The notes beneath the pieces were generated by a model. The model was not told the origin of the DNA and searched no databases. It worked only from the letters and a program-made list of their open reading frames with translations. Below are positions 9,189 to 19,473 of a DNA stretch of 64,000 nt, piece by piece; the stretch's first letter is position 1; every line of letters starts with the position of its first letter. The position numbers and the translations under genes were made by a program. Source of the stretch: Myxococcota bacterium (lineage in GTDB: Bacteria > Myxococcota > JACRCW01). Location: NCBI GenBank assembly GCA_040752415.1, contig JBFMGU010000024.1, positions 1 to 64,000 of the forward strand. The letters are read 5' to 3'.

Positions 9189-10919
9189 ATGACCACGGGG
9201 AATGGAAGCACGGCGCTGGCGGTCTCCGGACCCACCGCGCCTCGTCGAGCGGGCGACCCGGTGCGGGTGGTGGTGCTGGGCGGCGGCTTCGCGGGGGTCT
9301 ACACCGCGCGGTACCTCACCCGGTTCCTGCGCGGGCGCTCCGACGTGCAGGTGGAGCTCCTCAGCGAGGAGAACTACTTCGTCTTCCAGCCGCTCCTGCC
9401 CGAGGTGGCCGCCGGCGGCATCAACGCCACCCACGTGGTCAATCCCATCCGGGAGCTGGTGCCGGGGGCGCGGTTCCGGTGTTGTCGGATCCGGCAGGTG
9501 GACCTGGAGCGGCGCTGCGTGCTGGTCAGCCAGGGCCAGGGGCTGGAGGTGGTGGCCGTTCCGTATGACCACCTGGTCTTCTGCCTGGGGAAGGTCAGCA
9601 ACTTCTCCGCCATGCCCGGCGTGGCCGAGCACGCGCTGGCCATGAAGGACCTGGGCGACGCCTTCCGCCTCCGCAACCACGTGGTCAACTGCCTGGAGAC
9701 CGCGGACATCGAGACCGACCCGCAGGTGAAGGAGGCGCTGACCACGTTCGTGGTGGCCGGCGGCGGCTTCTCCGGCGTGGAGACCATTGGCGAGCTGCAT
9801 GAGCTGGTGGAGCGCAGCCTCAAGTACTTCCGCAACATCCCGCAGGTGCGCTTTGTCCTCATCCACTCCCAGGACACGCTGCTGCAGGAGATGCCGCCGG
9901 CGCTGGGAAAGGCCGCGCAGCGCATCTTGGAGAAACGCGGCATCCAGATGGTGCTCAAGGATCGCGTGCGCTCCGCCTCACCGGACCGGGTGTACCTGCA
10001 GAGCGGGAAGGTCATCCCCACGCGGACCTTCGTGTGCACCGTGGGAAACGCGCCCAACCCCGTGGCGAAGGCGGTGATGGCCAAGGGCGGCTTCACCGAG
10101 GCCACCGTCAAGGGCAAGGGCGCCGGCATCTTTGCCACCGAGCGCACGCTGCAGTGCGTGGGCAAGCCCGGCTACTGGGCCGTGGGAGATTGCGCCGGCA
10201 TCCCCGCTCCCAGCGGTGAAGGGTTCTGTCCGCCCACCGCGCAGTTCGCCATCCGCGAGGCGCGGACCTGTGCGCGCAACATCGTGGCGGCCGTCGACGG
10301 GAAGCCGGGGGAGGAGTTCCGGTTCAAGGCGCTGGGCTCGCTGGCCTCGCTGGGCAAGCGCAGCGCGGTGGCCGACATCATGGGCCTCAAGCTCACCGGC
10401 TTCCCGGCGTGGTTTGCCTGGCGCACCATCTACCTGATGAAGCTACCCGGACTGGTGCGGCAGGCGCGCGTGGCGCTGGACTGGACGCTGGACCTGTTCT
10501 TCCCGCGCGACATCACGCAGCTGCAGGTCTTCCGCAATGACCGACTGCGCATGCACCACCACGAGCCCGGAGAGATCATCATCCGCAAGGGACAGGTGGG
10601 GCGCGAGTTCTACATGATCGCCAAGGGGGAGGTGGAGGTGTTCCTCCCCGACGAGGATGGCGGCGGAGAGAAGGTCCTGGCGCGGCTGAGCGCGCGGGAT
10701 GTGTTCGGGGAGCGCGCGTTGCTCGAGGATGCGCCGCGGAATGCGTGCGTGCGCGCGGCGACGGCAGTGGATGTGCTGGTGATGTCGCGCGCGGATTTCC
10801 GGTCCGTGGTGGCGCAGTTCCCGGTCCTGGAGGAGCACTTCCACCAGCTGCTCAAGGAGCGGCACCCGCAGCAGGTGGGGGACCAGCGGCTGCTGGAGTC
10901 GGTGGCGGAGCACCACTGA
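9189..10919 (+). CDS. Type II NADH dehydrogenase (NDH-2)-like flavoprotein with C-terminal cyclic-nucleotide-binding domain
   Basis: VVVLGGGFAG, FQPLLPEVAAG, VVAGGGFSGVE, WAVGDCA, PPTAQFA; C-term IIRKGQVGREFYMIAKGEVEV..FGERALL..PRNACVRA. Confidence 0.9.
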   Translation: MTTGNGSTALAVSGPTAPRRAGDPVRVVVLGGGFAGVYTARYLTRFLRGRSDVQVELLSEENYFVFQPLLPEVAAGGINATHVVNPIRELVPGARFRCCRIRQVDLERRCVLVSQGQGLEVVAVPYDHLVFCLGKVSNFSAMPGVAEHALAMKDLGDAFRLRNHVVNCLETADIETDPQVKEALTTFVVAGGGFSGVETIGELHELVERSLKYFRNIPQVRFVLIHSQDTLLQEMPPALGKAAQRILEKRGIQMVLKDRVRSASPDRVYLQSGKVIPTRTFVCTVGNAPNPVAKAVMAKGGFTEATVKGKGAGIFATERTLQCVGKPGYWAVGDCAGIPAPSGEGFCPPTAQFAIREARTCARNIVAAVDGKPGEEFRFKALGSLASLGKRSAVADIMGLKLTGFPAWFAWRTIYLMKLPGLVRQARVALDWTLDLFFPRDITQLQVFRNDRLRMHHHEPGEIIIRKGQVGREFYMIAKGEVEVFLPDEDGGGEKVLARLSARDVFGERALLEDAPRNACVRAATAVDVLVMSRADFRSVVAQFPVLEEHFHQLLKERHPQQVGDQRLLESVAEHH

Positions 10920-10994
10920 ACGCGCGAGGGCGTCGTCCGCGTGGGCGACGGGCTCACCGCGGGTTGTCGACGAGGAATGGCGAGCGAGGAGGGC

Positions 10995-12236
10995 TCAGCC
11001 CGGAGAGGCTTCCACCGGCGAGGAGCTGCTGGCCACGGGCGCGGGGGCGACGGGCGCCTCGGCGGCCACCGGCTCGGCGTCGATCTTGCCCACGCGGGCG
11101 CGGCGCTTCTTGATGGCGTCGGCCTTGATGGGGGTGACGTCCACCTTGCCCGCGAACGCAAAGTCCGTCCGACCCGGCGCCAGCGTCCACACCGTGTTGC
11201 CGGTGCGCAGGTCCACCAGGCGCTCCCCGTCCTCGGTGTAGCAGGTGCCGGTGCGGTAGAGCGCCTTCAGCGCCTGGAAGAAGCCCATGGTCTGGTAGCG
11301 GTTCCCGTAGTGCTTGCGCAGCAGCTCCGAGAGCATGGGCGCGTAACGCACGTCCATGGACGGGAACAGGTGGTGCTCCACGTGGTAGCCGAAGTTGCCG
11401 TGGAACCACTGGAACGGCTTGCTCGTGATGATGGTCAGGCTGTTGTACAGCGGGTCATTCACCGGCGCGCGCGGGCTCAGGTGATGGTTGCTGTGGATGT
11501 AGATCATGTTGAACCAGTTGGCGATTGCGTGCGGCAACAGGTTCACCAGGAACACCGCGGGCCAGCCGTAGAAGTAGAACAGCACCGCCCACGGGCTCAT
11601 CATGATCAGCGTCTCCACCACGATGCGCAGACGCTGCCCCTTGGCGTTGCCGTGGCTGCGCGCCGTCAACAGGCGGAAGGTGGCGAAGTTGTAGTCCAGC
11701 GTGAAGGTGTAGAACGGCGCGACGTAGCTGAGCAGCCCGCCGTGGCCGGGAACCAGGCGCTGCGCAAAACGCATGGCCGGGTCGGTGCGCACCAGGTCCA
11801 GGTAGGGGAGCGCGTCGGGGTCAATGCGACCCACCTGGGTGTTCCGGTGGTGCGTGTCGTTGTGCCACAGCTTCCACGCCGTGGGGCTGGCCGCGTTCAG
11901 GATGGAGAAGAAACCACCGGCCCAGTGCTCCAGGAAGCCGCGCTTGAGCACGCTGCCGTGCCAGATCTCATGCGCAAAGAACCCCAGGATGGCGTGGCTG
12001 TGGCCCGCGACGACGGCACACAGGATCTTGGCCCACAGCGGGACGTCCGTCTCCAGGCACACGTAGCCCATGGCCACCACGATGCCCATGTGCATGAACC
12101 CGAAAGCCAGACGGTCCGGGTTGGGCTGGAACGCCTTGTCCGGCATCTGCTTGCGCAGGAACTTGCCGTAGTGCGAGGTGCGGTAGGCCTGATTCGGGAG
12201 CGTCTCGGGCGCCGTGAGGTTCTCGGTATTTTCCAT
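10995..12236 (-). CDS. Membrane fatty acid desaturase
   Basis: Three His boxes HEIWH, HNDTHH, HVEHHLFP; TM segments. Confidence 0.9.
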   Translation of the reverse strand: MENTENLTAPETLPNQAYRTSHYGKFLRKQMPDKAFQPNPDRLAFGFMHMGIVVAMGYVCLETDVPLWAKILCAVVAGHSHAILGFFAHEIWHGSVLKRGFLEHWAGGFFSILNAASPTAWKLWHNDTHHRNTQVGRIDPDALPYLDLVRTDPAMRFAQRLVPGHGGLLSYVAPFYTFTLDYNFATFRLLTARSHGNAKGQRLRIVVETLIMMSPWAVLFYFYGWPAVFLVNLLPHAIANWFNMIYIHSNHHLSPRAPVNDPLYNSLTIITSKPFQWFHGNFGYHVEHHLFPSMDVRYAPMLSELLRKHYGNRYQTMGFFQALKALYRTGTCYTEDGERLVDLRTGNTVWTLAPGRTDFAFAGKVDVTPIKADAIKKRRARVGKIDAEPVAAEAPVAPAPVASSSSPVEASPG

Positions 12237-12496
12237 GGCCATCCATTGCCGCGCCTTGCACTGGCGAGGGCCCCATGCCCTTCCCTCCGTCGCGGCGCGC
12301 GCGCCCCTGTACCAGGCCCGCTCCGAAAAGTCAGCGCCCAACGACGGCAAATCAATTCAATGTGAGGAGAATTCTGCGTGGGACCGGCAAATTCAGCGTG
12401 AGCGTGAATTCCATCCTGCCGCGGTGACGACGTGCGAAGCGCGCGCTGTGCTGTCGGTCACGCGGCGGGTGACGCAACCCTGGCCGGCAACCTGGG

Positions 12497-14074
12497 TCAG
12501 ACCGGCGTGATCTCGCGACGGCGCGGCGGCCGCTCCACGGTCTTGTTCACGGTGGTGGCCAACGCGTGCGCCACCACGGCGCGGGTCTCGTGCGGGGCAA
12601 TGATGTCGTCGATCATGGCGAGCGCGGCCACGCGGTAGGGGTCGATGGCGGGACGGATGTTCTCCGCCAGCTGCTTCTTCATCTCCGCCTTGTTCTCCGC
12701 CGCCTCCAGGATCTTGTGCGCGCCAATGGAGACCATGCCCTCCGCGCCCATCACCGCAATCTCCGTCGTGGGCCAGCCCACAATCAGGTCCGGCTCATAC
12801 GCGCGACCGCACATCACGTAGTACCCCGCGCCGTAGCTCTTGCGGACCACCACGGTGATCTTGGGAACCGTGGCGGTGGCCACCGCGTAGAGCATCTTGG
12901 CGCCGTGCCGGATGATGCCCTGCTGCTCCACCTTGCTGCCCACCATGAAGCCCGGCACGTCGGCAAGGAAGAGCAGCGGGATGGAGTAGGCGTCGCACAG
13001 GTTGATGAAGCGCGCGGCCTTGTCGCTGCTGTCCACGTCCAGGATGCCGCCCAGGTGCATGGGGTTGTTGGCCACGATCCCCACGCTCCACCCGTCAATG
13101 CGCGCCAGCGCGGTGATGATGTTGCGCGCCCAACGCGGCTTGATCTCCAGGAAACGCCCACCGTCGACGAGGTTGGTGATGACCTTGCGCATGTCATAGG
13201 CCTGGCGGCTGGACTCCGGGAGGATCTTGTCCAGCTTCTCTCCCGCTCCCTCCGGCGGCGGCACCGGCGTGATGCGCGGCGGTTTCTCCATGCAGTGCGA
13301 GGGGAAGTACGAGAGATACTGGCGCACGGTGTCGATGCACTCGTCGTCATTGGGGACTTCCAGGTCCGCCACGCCGCTCACCTCGGTGTGGATGCGGCTG
13401 CCGCCCAGATCTTCCTCGCTGATCTTCTCCCCCACCACGCCCTCGACGAGGTACGGCCCGCCAATCGCAATCGACGACGTGCCCTTCACCATGGGGACGA
13501 AGTCGGCGAGGCCCGGGATGTACGCGGTGCCGGCGGCGCCGGGGCCCATCATCGCCGAGACCAGCGGGATGACGCCGCTCATGGCCACCTCCTCGCGGAA
13601 GAGGTAGCCGGTGTCAGCGAAGCGGCTGATGGACGTGGACATGTGCTGCGGGTCCATGGTGTCCGTGTTGATGCGCGCGCCGGCGCTGTCGATGAGCCAG
13701 ACCATGGGGATGCGGCGCTTGAGGGCCTGCTCGCGCAGACGCGTCACCTTGCGCTCGCCGATCTCGCCAATGGAGCCGCCGAACACGGTGAAGTCATACG
13801 CGGCGCACGCCACGGGCCGACCGTTCACCATGCCAATGCCGGTCACCACACCGTCGGCGGGAGCGAGCGTCTTCATCTCGCTGGCCAGCAGGCCGCGGTC
13901 CCCGGCCAGCAGGCCGTGCTCCTGGAAGGTGCCCTTGTCAAAGAGCTTGTCGATGCGCGCGCGCACGTCGAGCTTGCCGCGTTTGTGCTGTCGCTCCACG
14001 CGCTCCGGGCCGCCCATCTGACGGTACTGCTCCCGGCGTTGCATCAGCTGCTCAATGCGCTCGTTCATCTTCAT
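12497..14074 (-). CDS. Acyl-CoA carboxylase, carboxyltransferase (beta) subunit
   Basis: QHKRGKLDVRARI, PADGVVTG, DFTVFGGS, DSAGARI, DVPGFMVG, GIIRHGAK, RKSYGAG. Confidence 0.95.
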   Translation of the reverse strand: MKMNERIEQLMQRREQYRQMGGPERVERQHKRGKLDVRARIDKLFDKGTFQEHGLLAGDRGLLASEMKTLAPADGVVTGIGMVNGRPVACAAYDFTVFGGSIGEIGERKVTRLREQALKRRIPMVWLIDSAGARINTDTMDPQHMSTSISRFADTGYLFREEVAMSGVIPLVSAMMGPGAAGTAYIPGLADFVPMVKGTSSIAIGGPYLVEGVVGEKISEEDLGGSRIHTEVSGVADLEVPNDDECIDTVRQYLSYFPSHCMEKPPRITPVPPPEGAGEKLDKILPESSRQAYDMRKVITNLVDGGRFLEIKPRWARNIITALARIDGWSVGIVANNPMHLGGILDVDSSDKAARFINLCDAYSIPLLFLADVPGFMVGSKVEQQGIIRHGAKMLYAVATATVPKITVVVRKSYGAGYYVMCGRAYEPDLIVGWPTTEIAVMGAEGMVSIGAHKILEAAENKAEMKKQLAENIRPAIDPYRVAALAMIDDIIAPHETRAVVAHALATTVNKTVERPPRRREITPV

Positions 14075-14152
14075 GGCCGCGCCCCGTGGTAATGGAGCGG
14101 GAGAGTTGCCACGAACTGGCGGGGAGACGCCAGCGGACGCAGACTCCTGGCC

Positions 14153-15013
14153 ATGCCTGAACGCCCGGACCTGGAATACGTCATCCCCATCCTCGACAAG
14201 CAGCTCACGGGCCAGCGCATCACCGGCGTCAAGGTGGGCAAGCCCGTGGTGCTGCGCGTGGCGCTGCCGGGAAAACCCGACGAGCTGCTGGTGGGGCAGA
14301 CCTTCCGCTCCGTCGGGAGACGCGCGCACTTCGTGATGTTCACGCTGGAGGGACCCACGCCGCTGGAGCTGGTGGTGAGCCCCATGCTGGCCGGGCGCTT
14401 CCTCATCTGCGAGGCCAAGCAGAAGGCCACCGCGGATACCGCCATGACGTTCATGCTCGGTGACGGTCGTGAGCTGCGCTACCGCGACGACGTGCAGATG
14501 GGGAAGGTCTATCTCATCGCGCCGGGGAGCTGGGAGCAGGTGCCGGGGCTCAAGGACATTGGCGTCGACGTGCTGGATGCCAAGAAGTTCACGCGCGAGG
14601 CGTTCCGCGCGCTGGCGCGCAAGCGTCGCGACCAGGCCAAGGTGTTCCTGATGGACAAGAGCGCGCTGGATGCGCTGGGTAACGCCTACGCCGACGAGGT
14701 GCTGTTCGAGGCGGGGGTGCATCCCAAGACGTTCGTGAAGAGCCTCTCCGACGCGGAGCTGGACACGCTGCACGACGCGCTGGTGCGCGTGCTCACCGAG
14801 GCGCGGGACACCATTGCCGCACGCAAGCCGCCGCTGGACGAGAAGCTGCGGGACTTCCTCAAGGTGCGGCTGCGTCACGGCGAGAAATGCCCGCGCTGTT
14901 CCACCACCATCCGCAAGGCGGGTGTGCACGGTCACGACGCATTCTTCTGCCCGCAGTGCCAACCGGAGACGCGCAAGAGCGGGATTGTGGACTGGCGCAA
15001 GGCGCCGGGCTGA
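14153..15013 (+). CDS. Fpg/Nei family DNA glycosylase/AP lyase
   Basis: N-term MPERPD, H2TH LGNAYADEVLF, zinc finger CPRC..CPQCQ. Confidence 0.92.
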   Translation: MPERPDLEYVIPILDKQLTGQRITGVKVGKPVVLRVALPGKPDELLVGQTFRSVGRRAHFVMFTLEGPTPLELVVSPMLAGRFLICEAKQKATADTAMTFMLGDGRELRYRDDVQMGKVYLIAPGSWEQVPGLKDIGVDVLDAKKFTREAFRALARKRRDQAKVFLMDKSALDALGNAYADEVLFEAGVHPKTFVKSLSDAELDTLHDALVRVLTEARDTIAARKPPLDEKLRDFLKVRLRHGEKCPRCSTTIRKAGVHGHDAFFCPQCQPETRKSGIVDWRKAPG

Positions 15014-15236
15014 ATGGCCGTGCCCGGGGTCAAGCCGAGGGGGCGGCTTCCGGGAGGTCCGCCTTGACACCCATCCGCCCGCCTTTCTACGGTGCCCGCC
15101 GCTTGTTCCCTCCTCGGGAAAGCGCCGCGACAAGCGCCTTTTCCATGGTCCTGGCGCGGCACTCCCGCGGCGGCCACTCCAGAGGCGTCCTCGTCGGAGG
15201 CGTCATTGCTGGCATTGAAATGGGATGGCCGTGGAC

Positions 15237-17396
15237 ATGACCCAAGCTTCCGCTCCCGCACCCCTGCCTGACCCCGCCACCCCCGCCGCCGTGGGTGCGC
15301 CGCGGCCGGAGCCCGAGCCCACCCGCGTGGGCATCCTGTGGCAGGCCCTCGCCCGGGTGCCGCCCGAGCGATTGGCCTTCACCTTCGTCGTGACGCTGGC
15401 GGCGAGCATGCTGCTGCCCTACCTGGGCGCGGTGGGGCTGTATGACCCGTGGGAGACGCACTACGCCGAGGTCAGCCGCGAGATGGTGGCGCGCGACGAC
15501 TACGTCCACCCGCACTGGAAGGAGCACTATTTCTTCTCCAAGCCCGTGCTGCTCTTCTGGCTGAGCGCGGTGGGCTTCAAGCTGCTGGACGTCGTCACCG
15601 GACAGATCAGCGGGCCCGGCAACTTCCCCGCCCTCACCGAGCTGGCCGCGCGCCTGCCCGTGGCGCTCATTGCGCTGCTGTGCGTGTTCTGCCTGTACCG
15701 CATGGTGAACCGCTTCTTCGGTCGCGCCGCGGCGGTGTTGAGCAGCGTGGTGTTGTGCACCATGCCGTTCTTCATCATGGTCGGGAGGCAGCACATCACC
15801 GACATGCCCTTCGTGGGCCTGATGACGGCGGGATTGTGCCTGATGGTGGAGTCGCTGTTCGGCACCGAGGAGGAAGCGAGCTCTCCGCTCACGAAGTTCT
15901 TCCTCGTCTGCCTCGCGCTCGTCACCGTGCCGCAGTACCTGCAGATCTGTCGGGGCACGCAGCTGCTCTCCGGGGTGGCGCCGGTGATGCGCTACGTGGT
16001 GTTCGCCGGGAGCCTCGTCGTGCTGGGCGCGGTGGGGATGTGGCTGATGAAGAGCGCCAGGGACAGTCGCGCGCACTTCTTCTACCTGCTGTGTGGCCTG
16101 GCCACGCTGGCCAAGGGGCTGCCGGGCATCCTGCTGCCGGGGCTCATCTGCCTCGCGTACACGGTGTGCTCGTGGGAGTGGTGGCGCCTGCGTCGCATCC
16201 GCGCCGTCACGGGTTCGATTGTGCTCTTGCTGGTGGCCGCGCCGTGGTTCGTGGTGATGAGCCTGTTCACCGGCCGTGACGACGAGCAGAAGACCTTCTT
16301 CCAGCGCTTCTGGATCCACGACCACCTGAACCGCCTGGGCGGCGGCGTGCACGGTGAGCGCGGCACGTTCGAGTACTACATCAAGCAGCTGGGCTTCGGG
16401 TGCATGCCGTGGAGCGGCCTGCTCCCGTTTGCGTGGCTGAAGATGGCGGTGCCGGAGCGTGAGGCCACCCGCGACGAGACGCAGCGCGCGGTGCGGCTCT
16501 TTGTGGCGTTGTGGGCGCTGACCTGCTTTGCGCTCTTCTCCATCTCCACGACGAAGTTCCACCACTACATCCTGCCCATGGTGCCGCCGCTCAGCATCTG
16601 CGCGGGCGTGTTCCTGGCCGAGCTGTGGGAGAAGCGTGAGAGCCCGCCGCTGCTGGTGGTGCTGGGGATGGCGATTGCGTCGGTGGTGATTGCGCAGGAC
16701 CTGTGGCGCAACCCGCACATGATCGTGGACCTCTTCACCTACCACTACGTGAGCTACAAGCCCGACTACTACATGCCCACCGACTGGCCCTACGGGCTGG
16801 CCTTTGGCGTGGTGGGGCTCGCCGCGGCGGGCGTGATGGTGGCGGGTGCGCTGGTGTCCAACGTGGAGAAGGTGCGGGAGCATCTCAACGCGCCGGTGCC
16901 GGGCGTGCTGGAGCCGGTGCGCTGGGTGCTGCGTGAGCTTGTGGAAGCGGTGATGTGGCTGGTGGAGCTGCCCACCGCGCTCGTGGTCAAGCCCGCGGCC
17001 CGGGCGGGGGGACGCATCTTCGTGACCGGCGCCGCGCTGTGCGGGCTGGCCATGGGCTACTTCCTCACCGACGTGTACTTCCTGAAGCTCGCCCCGCACT
17101 GGAGCCAGCGCTACCTGTTCAACACCTACTACTCCATGAAACAGGGCGACGAGCCCATCATCGCCTACCTCATGAACTGGCGCGGGGAGAGCTTCTACTC
17201 CAAGGGGCTGGACGCGCAGATCAATGACGGCAACCAGCTCAAGGCTCGCGTCAAGCAGCCCGGCCGGGAATTCATCCTGGTGGAGACCACGCGCTACAAG
17301 GGGCTGGAGAATACGTTGGGCGCGGACTTCAAGGGTAAGATCAACATTGTCGATAGGTCCAACAGCAAGTGGTACCTGGTGCTGGTGGACGAGTAA
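15237..17396 (+). CDS. ArnT/GT39 (GT-C) family membrane glycosyltransferase
   Basis: GLYDPWETHYAEVSREM, FFSKPVLLFW, AARLP, TDMPF, LAKG, TKFHHYILP; many TM helices. Confidence 0.9.
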   Translation: MTQASAPAPLPDPATPAAVGAPRPEPEPTRVGILWQALARVPPERLAFTFVVTLAASMLLPYLGAVGLYDPWETHYAEVSREMVARDDYVHPHWKEHYFFSKPVLLFWLSAVGFKLLDVVTGQISGPGNFPALTELAARLPVALIALLCVFCLYRMVNRFFGRAAAVLSSVVLCTMPFFIMVGRQHITDMPFVGLMTAGLCLMVESLFGTEEEASSPLTKFFLVCLALVTVPQYLQICRGTQLLSGVAPVMRYVVFAGSLVVLGAVGMWLMKSARDSRAHFFYLLCGLATLAKGLPGILLPGLICLAYTVCSWEWWRLRRIRAVTGSIVLLLVAAPWFVVMSLFTGRDDEQKTFFQRFWIHDHLNRLGGGVHGERGTFEYYIKQLGFGCMPWSGLLPFAWLKMAVPEREATRDETQRAVRLFVALWALTCFALFSISTTKFHHYILPMVPPLSICAGVFLAELWEKRESPPLLVVLGMAIASVVIAQDLWRNPHMIVDLFTYHYVSYKPDYYMPTDWPYGLAFGVVGLAAAGVMVAGALVSNVEKVREHLNAPVPGVLEPVRWVLRELVEAVMWLVELPTALVVKPAARAGGRIFVTGAALCGLAMGYFLTDVYFLKLAPHWSQRYLFNTYYSMKQGDEPIIAYLMNWRGESFYSKGLDAQINDGNQLKARVKQPGREFILVETTRYKGLENTLGADFKGKINIVDRSNSKWYLVLVDE

Positions 17397-17425
17397 GCCA
17401 CGACGACGACGAGGAAAGGCACGCC

Positions 17426-18334
17426 ATGACGCTCCTGAGGGGACATGTTGCAACCGCTCTTGTGGGCCTCACGCTGGTGACTGGCTGCGCCAAGGAGGAG
17501 ATCGTCCACGGGCTGAGCGAGTACGAGGCCAATGAGATCCTGGTGGTGTTGGAGGCCAACGGGCTCAAGCCGATCAAGGAGAAGGAGGAGGGCGGCCGCA
17601 CGGTGACGTACAAGGTGGTGATGCCCGGCGCGGAAGCCTCCGACGCGCGCAAGATCCTGGTGGACAACAAGCTGCCGCGCCCGCAGCAGATGGGCCTGGG
17701 CAAGGTCTACGACCCGGCCAACAAGGGCCTCATCCCCACCGCCACCGAGGAGAAGGCCGGCTACCAGATGGCGCTGCACGGCGAGATCGTGGCGAAGTTG
17801 AAGACCATCCCGGGCGTGCTGGAAGCACACGTCACCGTGGTGAAGCCGGACCGCGACATCGTCCGCGACCTCAACGACAAGCCGCCGCCCGCCACCGCTT
17901 CCGTCGTCATCCTGTACAACACCATCAACGGCACCAAGCCCTTCAAGGAGCAGGACATCCAGAAGCTGGTGGCCGCTTCCGTCGAGGGGATGGACCCCGC
18001 CAACGTCACCGTGGTGGCCACCGCGAACGTGCCGGCGGACCGCCAGGTGTCCACCGCGTCGGCGGCGGCGGGTGGTGAGGAGGGCGGGGGCGGCATCGAC
18101 AAGGCCAAGGCGCCCAAGGTGATGGGCGTGGTGGTGGCCGACGACGGCGAGAAGAACAAGCTCAACCGCCTCATGGGCATGGGCGCCGGTGCCATTGGCA
18201 TCCTGCTCCTCGCGGTGTTGATCCTGCTGGGCGCGTTCACCAAGGTGCGGGGGAAGGTGACGCAGCTCAACGCGGAAGTGGCGGCGCTGAAGAAGGCGCG
18301 CGCGCGTGCGGCAGACGCTCCCCCGGCGGCGTGA
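17426..18334 (+). CDS. sctJ: SctJ/YscJ family type III secretion inner-membrane ring lipoprotein
   Basis: Lipobox LVTGC, HGLSEYEANEILVVL, LIPTATEEKA, LKTIPGVLEAHV, ATASVVI, LVAASVEGMDPANVTVV, C-terminal TM. Confidence 0.9.
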   Translation: MTLLRGHVATALVGLTLVTGCAKEEIVHGLSEYEANEILVVLEANGLKPIKEKEEGGRTVTYKVVMPGAEASDARKILVDNKLPRPQQMGLGKVYDPANKGLIPTATEEKAGYQMALHGEIVAKLKTIPGVLEAHVTVVKPDRDIVRDLNDKPPPATASVVILYNTINGTKPFKEQDIQKLVAASVEGMDPANVTVVATANVPADRQVSTASAAAGGEEGGGGIDKAKAPKVMGVVVADDGEKNKLNRLMGMGAGAIGILLLAVLILLGAFTKVRGKVTQLNAEVAALKKARARAADAPPAA

Positions 18335-18345
18335 GGGCCTGACCG

Positions 18346-19365
18346 ATGCTGGGCGGCCTGCTGTACCCGCTGGACCGTGAGCAGAGCGCGCTGCTGCTGG
18401 CCGCGCTCACCTTCGGCGGCAGCGACGGACACCAGCTCCTGGACCTCCTCCCCGACGAGGCCGCCGCACCCCTGAAGGCCAAGGTGCAGGCCTTCCAGGA
18501 CATCCCCAAGGAGAAGCGCATCCCGCTGATGCTGCGTGAGCTCAAGCGCTACATGCAGTACCGGCACACGCGCGGCATCGAGGGTGTGGACCCCTCCTGG
18601 CTGGCGGCGGGCTTCCGCGGGGAGAGCCCGCGCGTGGTGGCGGCGGCACTCATGCACCTGCCGGCGAGCCTGGCGCGCCAGATCGTCGACAAGCTGCCGC
18701 AGGAACTGAAGGGCCAGCTCCCGCCGCGCTCCGAGCTGCAGAAGGTGCCGCTGGAGATCCTCAAGCTGGTGCGCGCCCGCTACGACGAGAAGTTCGCCTC
18801 CATGCCGGTGCTGGAAACCGAGCTGAAGGTGATGAGCTTCAAGTCGCTGATGGTGCTGGAAGGCAAGGAGCTGGTGGCGGTGACGCGTGCCATCGGCATC
18901 GACGAGCTGGCCTGCGCCTTCGCCGCGGTGGGCAAGCGCGCCCTGGCGGAGCTGCTGGCGCGACTGCCGCGCAACAACGCCGAGGAGCTGATTGCGGCGG
19001 TGCGTCGCGTGAACCTGGCCGACGTGGAAGAGCTGAAGGTGGCCCAGAAGTTCCTCAGCCGTGTGCTGGACGGCTTCACGCACACCGAGGAGCTGTTCCA
19101 GAAGGCCGGCCTCTACCGCCTGGCCAAGGCGCTTCCGTACGAGGACGCGGACCTGGCACGCCAGATCTGTCAGCGCTTCCCACGCGCCCACGGCAAGCTG
19201 CTGCAGGAGTACATGCAGAAGGCCAGGGACCTGCGCGAGAGCTGGCCCGAGGAGCGCGCGCAGCGCACACAGGACGCCATCCTGGACCAGGTCAAGGAGC
19301 TGGCCGGTCGCGGGAAGATTGCCAGCAAGTACCTGGCCTGTGAGTTCCAGTACCGCGCGCGCTGA
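18346..19365 (+). CDS. FliG-like / SctK-position type III secretion accessory protein
   Basis: Directly after sctJ; ESPRVVAAALMHLPASLARQIVDKLP resembles the FliG middle-domain EHPQ..A..L motif. Confidence 0.55.
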   Translation: MLGGLLYPLDREQSALLLAALTFGGSDGHQLLDLLPDEAAAPLKAKVQAFQDIPKEKRIPLMLRELKRYMQYRHTRGIEGVDPSWLAAGFRGESPRVVAAALMHLPASLARQIVDKLPQELKGQLPPRSELQKVPLEILKLVRARYDEKFASMPVLETELKVMSFKSLMVLEGKELVAVTRAIGIDELACAFAAVGKRALAELLARLPRNNAEELIAAVRRVNLADVEELKVAQKFLSRVLDGFTHTEELFQKAGLYRLAKALPYEDADLARQICQRFPRAHGKLLQEYMQKARDLRESWPEERAQRTQDAILDQVKELAGRGKIASKYLACEFQYRAR

Positions 19366-19473
19366 GCGCATCGTGGTGGCCGAGGCCGCGTCGGGAGATG
19401 TCGCGGGTTCGCCGCGCGGAGCGTTGGGGGCTTTGCGTCTCCCCCGGCTGATTGGCTAGCGTGCCGCCCCGTC

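Noticed and set aside
17426..18334. Flagellar FliF
   Set aside because: Has a lipobox and is only about 300 aa, matching SctJ rather than the 2-TM, ~550-aa FliF
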